Origin: Spirochaetia bacterium
GTDB taxonomy: Bacteria > Spirochaetota > Spirochaetia > DSM-2461
DNA: 64,000 nucleotides
NCBI GenBank assembly: GCA_963666985.2
Contig: CAXXIA010000001.1
Location: forward strand, 224,001 to 288,000
Direction: 5' to 3'
The notes below the pieces were generated by a model. It did no database searches and was not told where the DNA came from. It saw only the letters and a list, made by a program, of their open reading frames with translations. Both the position numbers and the translations under genes were made by a program. Numbering within the stretch: position 1 is the first letter of the stretch; every line of letters starts with the position of its first letter. This document shows, one piece after another, positions 19,030 to 28,289 of this stretch.

Positions 19030-20178
19030 ATGATTCATTCTGAGAGCATGCGGATTTACTGCGTTATTATGCGGTGCGGGACAAGTAAGGGCATTTTTCT
19101 TAATGAAAACGACCTGCCGCAAAATCCCGTACAGCGCGACAAAGCTATTTTATCTATTTTTGGAAGCCCCGATCCGCGGCAGATTGATGGACTGGGCGGT
19201 GCTGAAATGCTGACCAGTAAGCTGGGACTTGTTTCAGCGACGACGCGGACGGACGCCGACGTGGAATTTTCCTTCGGCCAGGTTGAGATTGACAAGCCCG
19301 AAATTTTCTATGACGGACTCTGCGGCAATATCGCCTCCGGCGTCGGTACATACGCGATAGGGGAGGGGCTTGTTAAAGCTGTTGAGCCTGTAACAAAGGT
19401 GCGCATATACAGCCGGAATACCGACCAGATTTATGTAACGGAGGTCCCCGTCAAAGACGGGCAGCCGCTTGTTAACGGAGATTATGAAATCGCCGGAGTG
19501 CCGGGAACGGGCGCTCAGATTAAGATTGATATGGCCGGGACCGTCGGATCCAGGACCGGGAGGCTTTTACCGACGGGAAATCCCGTGGATAAGCTGGATA
19601 TTGAAGGATTCGGCCCGCTCGATGTGTCCATGCTGGATGTTGTTAACCCCTGTATTTTTGTGCGGGCTTCGGACATCGGCATGAAGGGCGATGAGAAGCC
19701 GTCGGACGTTGATGGAAACGAAGAGCTGATGCGGCTTATCGATAACATTCGCGTCGCGGCCGTTAAGGCAATGGACCTGAAAGGCTGGGAGCTTAAAAAC
19801 CCGACGCCGTTCGTGGTTTTTGTATCACCGCCGAAAGATTACACGGACCATCTTACAGGCAAGTTGATTAAAGCCGGAGATGTTGATTTCCTCGCGCGGA
19901 TGATCATGTTCCGGAAAATGCATCAGACATACGCCGGCAGTGTGTCCTGCGTTACGGGTATGGCGGGCGTCGTGCCCGGCACGGTCGTGAACGAAATGGC
20001 AAAGCCGGCGGCCGATCGGAAGGTTATCCGAATCGGCCACCCCGCCGGGATTATCGATGTCGAGGCGGAGTGCGACTTCACCGAAGATGGCGTTGTGGCG
20101 CGGCGCGTTGCATATTCGCGAACGGCGCGCCGCATAATGGAAGGGTACGTTTTTGTTCCCAACCGTGTTTTTGAGTAA
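19030..20178 (+). CDS. PrpF family isomerase (methylitaconate/aconitate delta-isomerase-like)
   Basis: MRCGTSKG, QIDGLGG...TSK, CGNI, IGHPAG, RTARRIMEG. Confidence 0.9.
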   Translation: MIHSESMRIYCVIMRCGTSKGIFLNENDLPQNPVQRDKAILSIFGSPDPRQIDGLGGAEMLTSKLGLVSATTRTDADVEFSFGQVEIDKPEIFYDGLCGNIASGVGTYAIGEGLVKAVEPVTKVRIYSRNTDQIYVTEVPVKDGQPLVNGDYEIAGVPGTGAQIKIDMAGTVGSRTGRLLPTGNPVDKLDIEGFGPLDVSMLDVVNPCIFVRASDIGMKGDEKPSDVDGNEELMRLIDNIRVAAVKAMDLKGWELKNPTPFVVFVSPPKDYTDHLTGKLIKAGDVDFLARMIMFRKMHQTYAGSVSCVTGMAGVVPGTVVNEMAKPAADRKVIRIGHPAGIIDVEAECDFTEDGVVARRVAYSRTARRIMEGYVFVPNRVFE

Positions 20179-20196
20179 TCCGGGAGAAAACTGATA

Positions 20197-21462
20197 ATGG
20201 GAATGACGATGTCGGAAAAAATCCTGGCGCGTCATGCGGGTGTATCGGCGGCCGGCGCCGGCGATATTCTCACGTGCCGGGTGGACGTGGCGGCCTGTCA
20301 CGATATGTTCTTCACGGTTGCCGGACAGATTGATTTTGAACGGGTAAATAAAATTGATAATCCCGATAAATGCGTGGTTCTTTTGGACCATGCGGTACCG
20401 GCTCCGACGGGCAGGGACGCGCTCGGAGCCGTCAAAGCCAGAGAGTTTGTAAAAAAGCACGGGATTAAAAATTTTTATGACGTGGGCGAGCATGCCGTTA
20501 TTCACCAATTGCTCGTTGAAAGGGGTTTTGCCGCACCGGGTAAGCTCATCGCGGCCGGTGATTCGCACACATGCGCGGCCGGTGCGATGAATGCGGCAGC
20601 CCGCGGTTTCGGTCCCGCTGAAATGATGTACGTGTGGTGCAAGGGCGAAACGTGGTATCAGGTTAGCCCAACGCTGTTATACAGGCTGCACGGCGGCTTT
20701 TCGAGCCGAGCCGTAACCGGCAAGGATTTATTTTTATATATTGCCGGCGTATACGGCGACGCAACCAACATGAACGTGGAGTTCGGCGGCGAGGGAGTGG
20801 GCAATCTGACCATTCCTCAGCGTCAGAGCGTTGCGACCATGTGCGCGGAAATTAACGCTGAATTTGCTCTTTTTCCCTGCGACGACAGGCTGCGGGATTT
20901 CCTGAAAGAGCGCGGCGACACGGTGATGGACGGAGTTGATGCGGACGCCGATGCCCTCTATCACGATGTTCGGGATATCGACCTTGACAGCCTTGTGCCC
21001 TACATTGCGCTTCCGCATTTTATCCCGAAAAATTGCCGCCCCGTTACCGAGGTTGAGGGCACGGAAATCCATCAGGTTTTGGTAGGCTCATGCTCAAACG
21101 GCCGCATGGAAGATATCGCGCTGATAGCGGATATCGTTAAAGGAAAACATGTTGCCAAGGGAGTGCGTTTCATCGTAACCCCGGCATCGCAGAAAATTTA
21201 TCTTGAAGCGCTCAAGGCCGGATATCTCGAAACGCTCGTCGAAGCGGGCGCTGTTGTTACAAACGCTACCTGCGGAGCATGCTACGGCGGGCACATGGGT
21301 CTGCTCGGCCCCGGCGAGCGCTGTCTTTCCACTACAACAAGAAACTTCAAAGCGCGGATGGGCGACGCCGCCAGTGAGGTGATGCTGTGTTCGCCGGCTA
21401 CCGCCGCGGCATCGGCCCTGACGGGCAGAATCACCGATCCCAGAGAGATTTTGGTTGCATAG
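20197..21462 (+). CDS. LeuC/DmdA-like aconitase-family hydratase large subunit, copy 1
   Basis: DH, GDSHT, GSCSNGR, CGACYGGH, TTRNFKARMG. Confidence 0.9.
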   Translation: MGMTMSEKILARHAGVSAAGAGDILTCRVDVAACHDMFFTVAGQIDFERVNKIDNPDKCVVLLDHAVPAPTGRDALGAVKAREFVKKHGIKNFYDVGEHAVIHQLLVERGFAAPGKLIAAGDSHTCAAGAMNAAARGFGPAEMMYVWCKGETWYQVSPTLLYRLHGGFSSRAVTGKDLFLYIAGVYGDATNMNVEFGGEGVGNLTIPQRQSVATMCAEINAEFALFPCDDRLRDFLKERGDTVMDGVDADADALYHDVRDIDLDSLVPYIALPHFIPKNCRPVTEVEGTEIHQVLVGSCSNGRMEDIALIADIVKGKHVAKGVRFIVTPASQKIYLEALKAGYLETLVEAGAVVTNATCGACYGGHMGLLGPGERCLSTTTRNFKARMGDAASEVMLCSPATAAASALTGRITDPREILVA

Positions 21463-21596
21463 GGTGAAAGGTTTTAGGTCGTGCCGCATTGTTCTGTTTT
21501 TTTCCCGCCTTTGGCGGTAGCCGAAATTGACGGACTACCTCCCATGCCCGGGAGGCTCTCAGGGACTGATTACGTAAGGCGCATGGGAGGCAGTAT

Positions 21597-22088
21597 ATGA
21601 AGATTAAAGGCAGAGTTTGGGTGTTCGGGGATGAAATCAACACCGATCTGATATTCCCCCACAGTGCGTTCCGCGTTTCGCCTGAGGAACAGGCAAAGCT
21701 TGTGTTCAGCGACAACAGACCCGGCTGGTCCTCGCTTGTGGAACCGGGCGATATCCTCATTGCCGGGAAAAACTTCGGTACGGGTTCCAGCAGGCCCGGC
21801 GCCGTACTGCTGCGGCGGTTGGGGCTTGCGGGCATGGCGGCGGACAGCATCAACGGGCTTTTTTACCGCAACGCGATCAGTTACGGCTTTTCGGCGCTGC
21901 AATGTCCCGGTGTGTCCGAGATGTTTGAGGAAGGCGATATCGCGGAAATCGATCTTTTGGCCGGAACGGTTAAAAACGAGCGGACCGGTGAGGTGCGCAC
22001 GGGAAGCAGGCTGTCCGAATCGATGGCCGATATCATTACGGCCGGCGGGATTGAGGAGCTGCTCACTCAGCAAGGTTATATGGAATAG
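21597..22088 (+). CDS. LeuD/DmdB-like hydratase small subunit, copy 1
   Basis: FGDEINTDLIFP, NFGTGSSR, LFYRNAI..G. Confidence 0.9.
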   Translation: MKIKGRVWVFGDEINTDLIFPHSAFRVSPEEQAKLVFSDNRPGWSSLVEPGDILIAGKNFGTGSSRPGAVLLRRLGLAGMAADSINGLFYRNAISYGFSALQCPGVSEMFEEGDIAEIDLLAGTVKNERTGEVRTGSRLSESMADIITAGGIEELLTQQGYME

Positions 22089-22149
22089 TGCTTCGTTTCG
22101 CCCGACAAAAAAGGTGCGGCGTAGCGCTTGAAGAGAAGGAGAAGTCCAA

Positions 22150-23034
22150 ATGCTTAAAAATCCAGGAAAAACGCTCAGAGAGCTGCTCGATAAGCCCGGT
22201 ATTATTATGGCACCGGGTGTTTATGACGGCATATCGGCCCGCGTAACGGAACAGGCCGGTTTTAAAGCCGGTTATCTTTCCGGCGCCGGCATCGCCACAA
22301 GCGGTCTCGGGGAGCCGGACATCGGCCTGACGACGATGAGCGATGTGGCAAGCATCGCTCGCACGCTGACGATTAAGGCCGAAATTCCTTATATATGCGA
22401 CGCGGATACCGGTTACGGCAACGCGCTCAATGTCATCCGGACCGTACACGAACTTGAGGCATCGGGCGTCGCGTCGATCCAGCTTGAGGATCAGGTTGCA
22501 CCGAAGCGCTGCGGCCATTTGGCCGGGAAGTCTTGCGTGCCGGCCGAAGAATTTGTTCAGAAAATCCGCGCCGCAAGCCGTGAGCGGTTCTATAAGGACA
22601 CACTGATTACGGCAAGGACCGACGCACGCGCGGTATACAGCCTCGAGGAAGCGATCGAGCGCGGCAAAATGTATATGGATGCCGGCGCGGATATTCTTTT
22701 TATCGAAGCGCCGCAGACGCTCGACGAGGTTGAACTGATCGGTAAAACGTTCGGCCATCAGATACCGCTTCTGGCCAATCAGGTGATCGGCGGAAAAACA
22801 CCCCGCTTAACGGAAAAGGAACTGGAGCAGCTCGGTTTTAAAATCCTGATATTCCCCGATGTGCTCAGCTTCGGCGCCAGCGTTTTGTTCCGTCGGATTC
22901 TCGACAAGGTTTACGCGGAAGGCTGCAGCTGGGACGCCATCCCTGACGCTCCGGACAGCCGCGAGCTGTTCAACACGATGGGAATGGCGGCCTGGCGGGA
23001 GACCGAGCAGCGATATAAGGAAGGCAGCAGATAA
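22150..23034 (+). CDS. Isocitrate lyase/PEP mutase family C-C lyase (PrpB / 2,3-dimethylmalate lyase-like)
   Basis: DADTGYG, QLEDQVAPKRCGH, ARTDAR. Confidence 0.9.
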   Translation: MLKNPGKTLRELLDKPGIIMAPGVYDGISARVTEQAGFKAGYLSGAGIATSGLGEPDIGLTTMSDVASIARTLTIKAEIPYICDADTGYGNALNVIRTVHELEASGVASIQLEDQVAPKRCGHLAGKSCVPAEEFVQKIRAASRERFYKDTLITARTDARAVYSLEEAIERGKMYMDAGADILFIEAPQTLDEVELIGKTFGHQIPLLANQVIGGKTPRLTEKELEQLGFKILIFPDVLSFGASVLFRRILDKVYAEGCSWDAIPDAPDSRELFNTMGMAAWRETEQRYKEGSR

Positions 23035-23056
23035 TTAAAGTTTCTAGGAGGTTGCT

Positions 23057-23788
23057 ATGTCGATATATAAAATTACACCGCTGCATTTGGGTGATATTAC
23101 TCGCCCGAAATCCAACATGATCCAAGACTACGAGGGAGCGGAGGTTTTGGATTTTCCCCTGATCGCTTACTACCTCGAGGGAGAACATAAGATTCTTGTG
23201 GACACCGGAGGCAGTCACCCCGAAAGCGAGCAGGGGAAAAAGGCGGCGCCCTATAAAAGGCCTCCCGAGCAGGAGCTGGACGCCGCGCTGAAGGCCGTCG
23301 GCGTTGATCCGGCTGATATAGACACGGTGATACTGACGCATCTCCATTGGGACCATGCGGCGAATAATCATCTGCTCCCGAACGCGAAATTAATGTGCCA
23401 GAAGATCGAGTACGAATCATTGTTTGATCCGTACACCCCTAAAAAAGGCTATGACACGGACAGTGTCCTTAAATTCACGTACGAACTGCTGGACGGAGAT
23501 CAAAAGGTTTTTGACGGGGTTTCCGTGATGCTTACGCCAGGCCATACGCTGGGAATGCAGAGCGTTATCGTCGATACCGAAATCGGCAAGGTCGTTTTGA
23601 CGGGCGACATGGTTACTCTCAGGGAGAGCCTCAGCTACGACCCGCCGAGAGCCAATGCCCTTCTCTACGATGATTCGGCTATCGGGATTATGCGGGAAAG
23701 CCTTAAAAAAATACTGCCTATTTCTCGGAATATCCTTCCCGGTCATGATCCGTCCGTATTTTCACCGGGAATGGGCCTGACGAAATAA
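23057..23788 (+). CDS. MBL-fold lactonase (AHL-lactonase family), copy 1
   Basis: VDTG, THLHWDHA, PGHT, GD, PGHD. Confidence 0.85.
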   Translation: MSIYKITPLHLGDITRPKSNMIQDYEGAEVLDFPLIAYYLEGEHKILVDTGGSHPESEQGKKAAPYKRPPEQELDAALKAVGVDPADIDTVILTHLHWDHAANNHLLPNAKLMCQKIEYESLFDPYTPKKGYDTDSVLKFTYELLDGDQKVFDGVSVMLTPGHTLGMQSVIVDTEIGKVVLTGDMVTLRESLSYDPPRANALLYDDSAIGIMRESLKKILPISRNILPGHDPSVFSPGMGLTK

Positions 23789-23840
23789 GCCCGATATCGC
23801 GGCATTTTGCCGACATGACACTGCCGGAGGAGATGATGCC

Positions 23841-24356
23841 ATGAATGAAAAGAAACAAGGAATCAAGGACAGGCCGGCAGAGGAGCTGGGCAGGCATATC
23901 ATCCAGTGGGATCCTGACATATCTTTGTGTACCGGCTGCGGTGCATGCGAGATTGTCTGCAGTCTTATCCACGAAGGTGTCAGCGGGTCACGCTCGCGCC
24001 GTATTTTTTTCGAGCACGACAGTGTTCAGCTGATGCACAAGGTTTATGCCTGCCAACAGTGCCTGGATCATCCGTGCTATAACGCCTGCCCGAAAAAAGA
24101 CAGCGCCATGTGCATCGATCCGGAAACGGACATCGTTTACGTCAATCAGGACGCGTGCATCGGCTGCGGCCTGTGTGTCAGGGCTTGCCCGTTCGAGCCT
24201 AAGCGCCTGCAGCTTAACAGGAATAAAAAGGCCGTAAAGTGCGATTTATGCCGCGGCCGGGAAAACGGACCGGCCTGTATCGAATACTGTCAGTGCCTGG
24301 CTATAGGGATGAGCGATGATGAACCGCCCGTGCCCGGCGTCATCGTAAAGGATTAG
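23841..24356 (+). CDS. 4Fe-4S ferredoxin subunit of AOR2
   Basis: Same four Cys clusters as 11049-11543; clear paralogue. Confidence 0.9.
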   Translation: MNEKKQGIKDRPAEELGRHIIQWDPDISLCTGCGACEIVCSLIHEGVSGSRSRRIFFEHDSVQLMHKVYACQQCLDHPCYNACPKKDSAMCIDPETDIVYVNQDACIGCGLCVRACPFEPKRLQLNRNKKAVKCDLCRGRENGPACIEYCQCLAIGMSDDEPPVPGVIVKD

Positions 24357-24368
24357 GGGGGCAGCCGT

Positions 24369-26438
24369 ATGTCGGAACAGAATACTTTACCAAGTTACGG
24401 ATATGTCGGAAAAATCGCATGGATTGATCTGACAAGCCGCTCTTTTAACATGATCCCGACAAGCGATTACGCGCCGAAATTTATCGGGGGCCGCGCCATC
24501 GCCACGAAAATATATTGGGATGTCACAAAGCCCGGCATGAAGGCTCTTGATCCTGAAAATCCGCTGATGTTCATGACGGGCCCCGTCGGTGCTACCGGTA
24601 TTCCGACCGGCGGAAGGACGGCCGTGTGCGCCATGGCTCCCAATAATCTGCCCGAACAGTTTTGCTGGGGTAATATCGGCGGCTGGTTCGGCGCAAAGCT
24701 GAAATTTGCCGGTGTTGACGGAATTGTTCTCGTCGGAAAGGCCGATGAACCGGTTTACGTTGTGATCGACGACGGGGAAATCACGTTTCAGGCCGCCGGG
24801 GATCTGTGGGGCACTCTGACGCACGACTGCCAGGAAAAGCTGCGCGCCGTCTACGGAGGTGACTCCGTGAGTGCCGTAATCGGTCCGGCCGGCGAAAATC
24901 TCTGCCGCAACGCCAGCATCAACACCTCAAACGACAACGTGGCGGCCAAGGCGGGCTTCGGCGCGGTGATGGGCTCGAAAAAACTCAAGGCCGTTGTTGT
25001 ACGAGGCACGGGAGATGTTCGCCCCTACAGCGTCGAGCAGGTTTTAAAGCTTCGGAAAACAATGGGCGATCCGCAGCGTAAGGCCAATCCGGTCGAGCAT
25101 CTGGATCGCTGCGCGTTCAGGGCCCATATCAATTTCGAAACACCACCCGGCGCCGTTAAAAAGGCCAATGTGTCGTGCAGTCATGGCTGCAACATGCGCT
25201 GCAGTCTCTTTGTGCTGGATACGAAATCAGCGTTTCCGCGCAAATATACCAATCAGGTGCACAAATGCATCGGAGTTTACGCATTTCAAATGACGGAAGA
25301 CTGCGGTATGTCGCCGACCATGTTTTTCCATACGGAAAAAAATCATAACCAGGCTTGTCTTGGACAGGGAGCCCAGGTTCCGCCGCCGCCGGACACCTCC
25401 GACCCTCATCTGGAGGAGTTGACGACCCGTCGACGCGGCAGCGATATGGACTTCTGGGACGGTGATTACGACCGAGGCAACGTGATCAACGACTTGTGCA
25501 CGCAGTACGGCATCGATAAATGGGACGTTATCGTGTGGCTGATGACCTGGCTTGTGATGGGAAAGCGTACGGGCGTTTTAAAAGATGTGGACCTCGGTAT
25601 GGAGATTGATCCCGGCAGCGAGGAGTTCATGAAACACCTCTTGGAAATAATCACGTACCGAAAGGGCTATTGGGGCAACCTCTTCGCGGAGGGCATGGCC
25701 CGTACGATCCGTACGCTCGGACAGGAAAAGTACGGCGATACGATCTACAAAGGTATCGTATCCAACGTCGTTCCCGGTTTGCAGCTGGATATCCCGATCA
25801 GCTTCGCGTCCTCGTGGGGTCATTCTTTTCACTGGCAGGGGCGCGGCTTCCAAGGCAGCACACCGCCGGGAGGTTATCTTTCGGCGACGCTGATGCTCAT
25901 GACCAACACGCGCGATGCCCAAACGAATTCCCACGTCCACGGGACACTCGATTATATGAAGGAAACGATGGATGCCCATAAAGCGTGTCGGAACAGGAAG
26001 GTCGCCGAAAACGCCTTTATGGGAGAGATCAAAGCGGAAATGAAGGAGTGTGTGACATGCTGCGACCTTCAAAGCCCGCAGATCTACTGGCCGGACATGG
26101 AGTGCCGGATGCTGGAGGCGGCTACCGGCGTCAAAATGTCGGTTGACGAACTGTATCTGGCCTGCGAGCGCTCTAAAAATCTCTTCAGGGCTATTTTAAT
26201 GCGTGATTCCGATCGTTCAAGGGCTCAGGAAGAGCCTGAGGCGTACAGACCTCTGCAATACCCGGACTGTGAAGGACAGGTTGTCGAACCCGAAGAATTT
26301 TCAAGGCTTGTGGACCTGTATTACGACGTGTGGGGATGGGATAAGGAAACCGGCTGGCCTACCCGTGAGACGTGGCTTCGGTGCGGGCTGGAGGATGTGG
26401 CCGAGGAAATGGAAAAAATCGGCAAGCTCCCGTCCTGA
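24369..26438 (+). CDS. AOR family W/Mo-bis-MPT oxidoreductase, copy 2
   Basis: GYVGKIA, FIGGR, IGPAGEN, GAVMGSKKLKA; paralogue of 11543-13615. Confidence 0.9.
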   Translation: MSEQNTLPSYGYVGKIAWIDLTSRSFNMIPTSDYAPKFIGGRAIATKIYWDVTKPGMKALDPENPLMFMTGPVGATGIPTGGRTAVCAMAPNNLPEQFCWGNIGGWFGAKLKFAGVDGIVLVGKADEPVYVVIDDGEITFQAAGDLWGTLTHDCQEKLRAVYGGDSVSAVIGPAGENLCRNASINTSNDNVAAKAGFGAVMGSKKLKAVVVRGTGDVRPYSVEQVLKLRKTMGDPQRKANPVEHLDRCAFRAHINFETPPGAVKKANVSCSHGCNMRCSLFVLDTKSAFPRKYTNQVHKCIGVYAFQMTEDCGMSPTMFFHTEKNHNQACLGQGAQVPPPPDTSDPHLEELTTRRRGSDMDFWDGDYDRGNVINDLCTQYGIDKWDVIVWLMTWLVMGKRTGVLKDVDLGMEIDPGSEEFMKHLLEIITYRKGYWGNLFAEGMARTIRTLGQEKYGDTIYKGIVSNVVPGLQLDIPISFASSWGHSFHWQGRGFQGSTPPGGYLSATLMLMTNTRDAQTNSHVHGTLDYMKETMDAHKACRNRKVAENAFMGEIKAEMKECVTCCDLQSPQIYWPDMECRMLEAATGVKMSVDELYLACERSKNLFRAILMRDSDRSRAQEEPEAYRPLQYPDCEGQVVEPEEFSRLVDLYYDVWGWDKETGWPTRETWLRCGLEDVAEEMEKIGKLPS

Positions 26439-26486
26439 AAAACCTGAGTTCGAATCATCTGTATCTGTGAAAAAAGGAGACTTGAG

Positions 26487-26795
26487 ATGATATTGCTTCA
26501 TGTGAAATACAAGTTAAAGCCCAATGTGCGCGATGAATTCATCGCCAAGCTGAATAAGCACGACTTGGCCGGCCAGTATAGAAAGTTATCTGGAAATATG
26601 AGTTACGAATACTTTGTCCCGATTGCCGAATCCGACGTTTTGTTCGTAGTCGACGCCTGGAAAGACGAGGCCTCATTCGAAGCCCATCTGACATGCCCGG
26701 CGGCCGACATCCTCGGTCCGCTTAAAAAGGAGTTTGTTCTGGAATCGGAGGTTAAGCGATTCGAGCTCCCGGACAGTCGGTTTCAGACATTGTGA
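26487..26795 (+). CDS. ABM-domain protein (YgiN/LsrG-like)
   Basis: 102 aa; KLKP..RDEF, GNMSY, W.DEASFEAH; GGAG RBS. Confidence 0.75.
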   Translation: MILLHVKYKLKPNVRDEFIAKLNKHDLAGQYRKLSGNMSYEYFVPIAESDVLFVVDAWKDEASFEAHLTCPAADILGPLKKEFVLESEVKRFELPDSRFQTL

Positions 26796-26845
26796 TTCTT
26801 AGTAAGGCAAACACACGTTCGATGCCCTGATGCTTAATTAATGAG

Positions 26846-28234
26846 GTGGATATGTCAGTTGAAGATTTGAGTTACAGCCAAAAAATCGCGCAGTTTTACG
26901 TGAATGCGGACATCGACGCGATTCCGCAGCGCGTTTTCGAACATACGAAGAATGTCATCGCCGACTGGGCCGGATGCGGCATCGGCGGGGCGGATATCGA
27001 ATCGACAAAAATGGTAAAGGAAGTCTTTTTGTCGGATCAGGGTCGACATGAGTGCACTGTGTTCTGCGGCCAGAAAGCCTCTGTGGAGCATGCCGCGTTT
27101 ATCAACGGTGCGGCCAGCCACGGACTGGAAATGGACGATGCAAGCTACGATGCCGGCGGTCATCCGGCCGTTGTTATCCTGCCGGCCGCCATGGCCATGG
27201 CTGAGACTGCGAATTCCAAGGGAAAGGATTTTCTCCTGGCGGTTATCTGGGGCTACGATATGATGACGCGTGTCGGTCGCGGTGTCGTACCGGACAACTG
27301 CTTTGAGCGCGGATGGCATCCCACTGCCGTGTGCGGGATATTCGGGGCGACTGTGGCGGCGGCCTGGCTGTTAAAGCTGGATGCGTTTCAGATTGCCAAT
27401 GCGTTGGGAATCGCCGGCGGTTTTGCATCGGGGAATTTGGAATGTTATGCCGACGGTTCGCTGACAAAACGACTCAATCCCGCCAATGCGGCGATGGGAG
27501 GGGTTAACGCGGCGCGTTTGGCGGCGGCCGGCTATACGGGTCCGAAGTGGGTGTTTGAGGGTAAACACGGATTCTTCCGCTCTTACACGGACAATCCGAC
27601 GCCGGAACGCATGCTTGAAAAGCTGGACACCAGCGAATTCCCCATCGAAATCGCATCTTTCAAGCCGTATGCGTGTTGCCGCTATAATCATGCGCCGATC
27701 GATTCGATCCTGAAAATCATGAGCGATAACAGCCTTAAGGCAGACGATATCGAAAAAATTGTTGTCGATACCTGCAACATGGCCATCAGGGCCGTCGTGG
27801 AACCGGCACAGATTAAGTACAATCCGCCCAACGTGGCTGCGGCGCAGTTCAGTCTGCCGTACACGGCGACATGCGCGGCTCTCTTCGGTGATGTATCCGT
27901 GGAACAGTTTACGGATGAGAAGCTGATCGATCCCTCCGTTAAAGGCTTTATAAACAAGGTTGAGATGGTTCACACCGGCGAGATGGATCAGTATCTGCCG
28001 GATATCTTCGCGGCATTCGTTACGATTCGCACTAAGGACGGCAAGGCTTATACGCAGCTGACGAAGTTCAGTAAGGGCGATCCCGAAAACCCGATGACAA
28101 AGAAGGATATAAAGGAAAAGTTTCTCTCGCTTTCTCAGATGACCGTCAGCGTCAACAAGGCGCGGAAAATTTACGACACGATTATGGACATCGACAATCT
28201 CTCCACGATCAAGGATCTGACAAGGCTTTTATAG
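26846..28234 (+). CDS. MmgE/PrpD family protein, copy 3
   Basis: HGLEMDD....GGHP, GWHPT, KPYACC, KGDPENP. Confidence 0.9.
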   Translation: MDMSVEDLSYSQKIAQFYVNADIDAIPQRVFEHTKNVIADWAGCGIGGADIESTKMVKEVFLSDQGRHECTVFCGQKASVEHAAFINGAASHGLEMDDASYDAGGHPAVVILPAAMAMAETANSKGKDFLLAVIWGYDMMTRVGRGVVPDNCFERGWHPTAVCGIFGATVAAAWLLKLDAFQIANALGIAGGFASGNLECYADGSLTKRLNPANAAMGGVNAARLAAAGYTGPKWVFEGKHGFFRSYTDNPTPERMLEKLDTSEFPIEIASFKPYACCRYNHAPIDSILKIMSDNSLKADDIEKIVVDTCNMAIRAVVEPAQIKYNPPNVAAAQFSLPYTATCAALFGDVSVEQFTDEKLIDPSVKGFINKVEMVHTGEMDQYLPDIFAAFVTIRTKDGKAYTQLTKFSKGDPENPMTKKDIKEKFLSLSQMTVSVNKARKIYDTIMDIDNLSTIKDLTRLL

Positions 28235-28289
28235 AGTAAGCACTGATAAAAAAACGGCGGCGCCGCCGCCTGATGAAAGGAATGGTTTT

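Noticed and set aside
19030..23034. Annotation as methylcitrate cycle or leucine biosynthesis
   Set aside because: No prpC/prpE/acnD or leuA/leuB, and specificity motifs differ; only family-level names are justified
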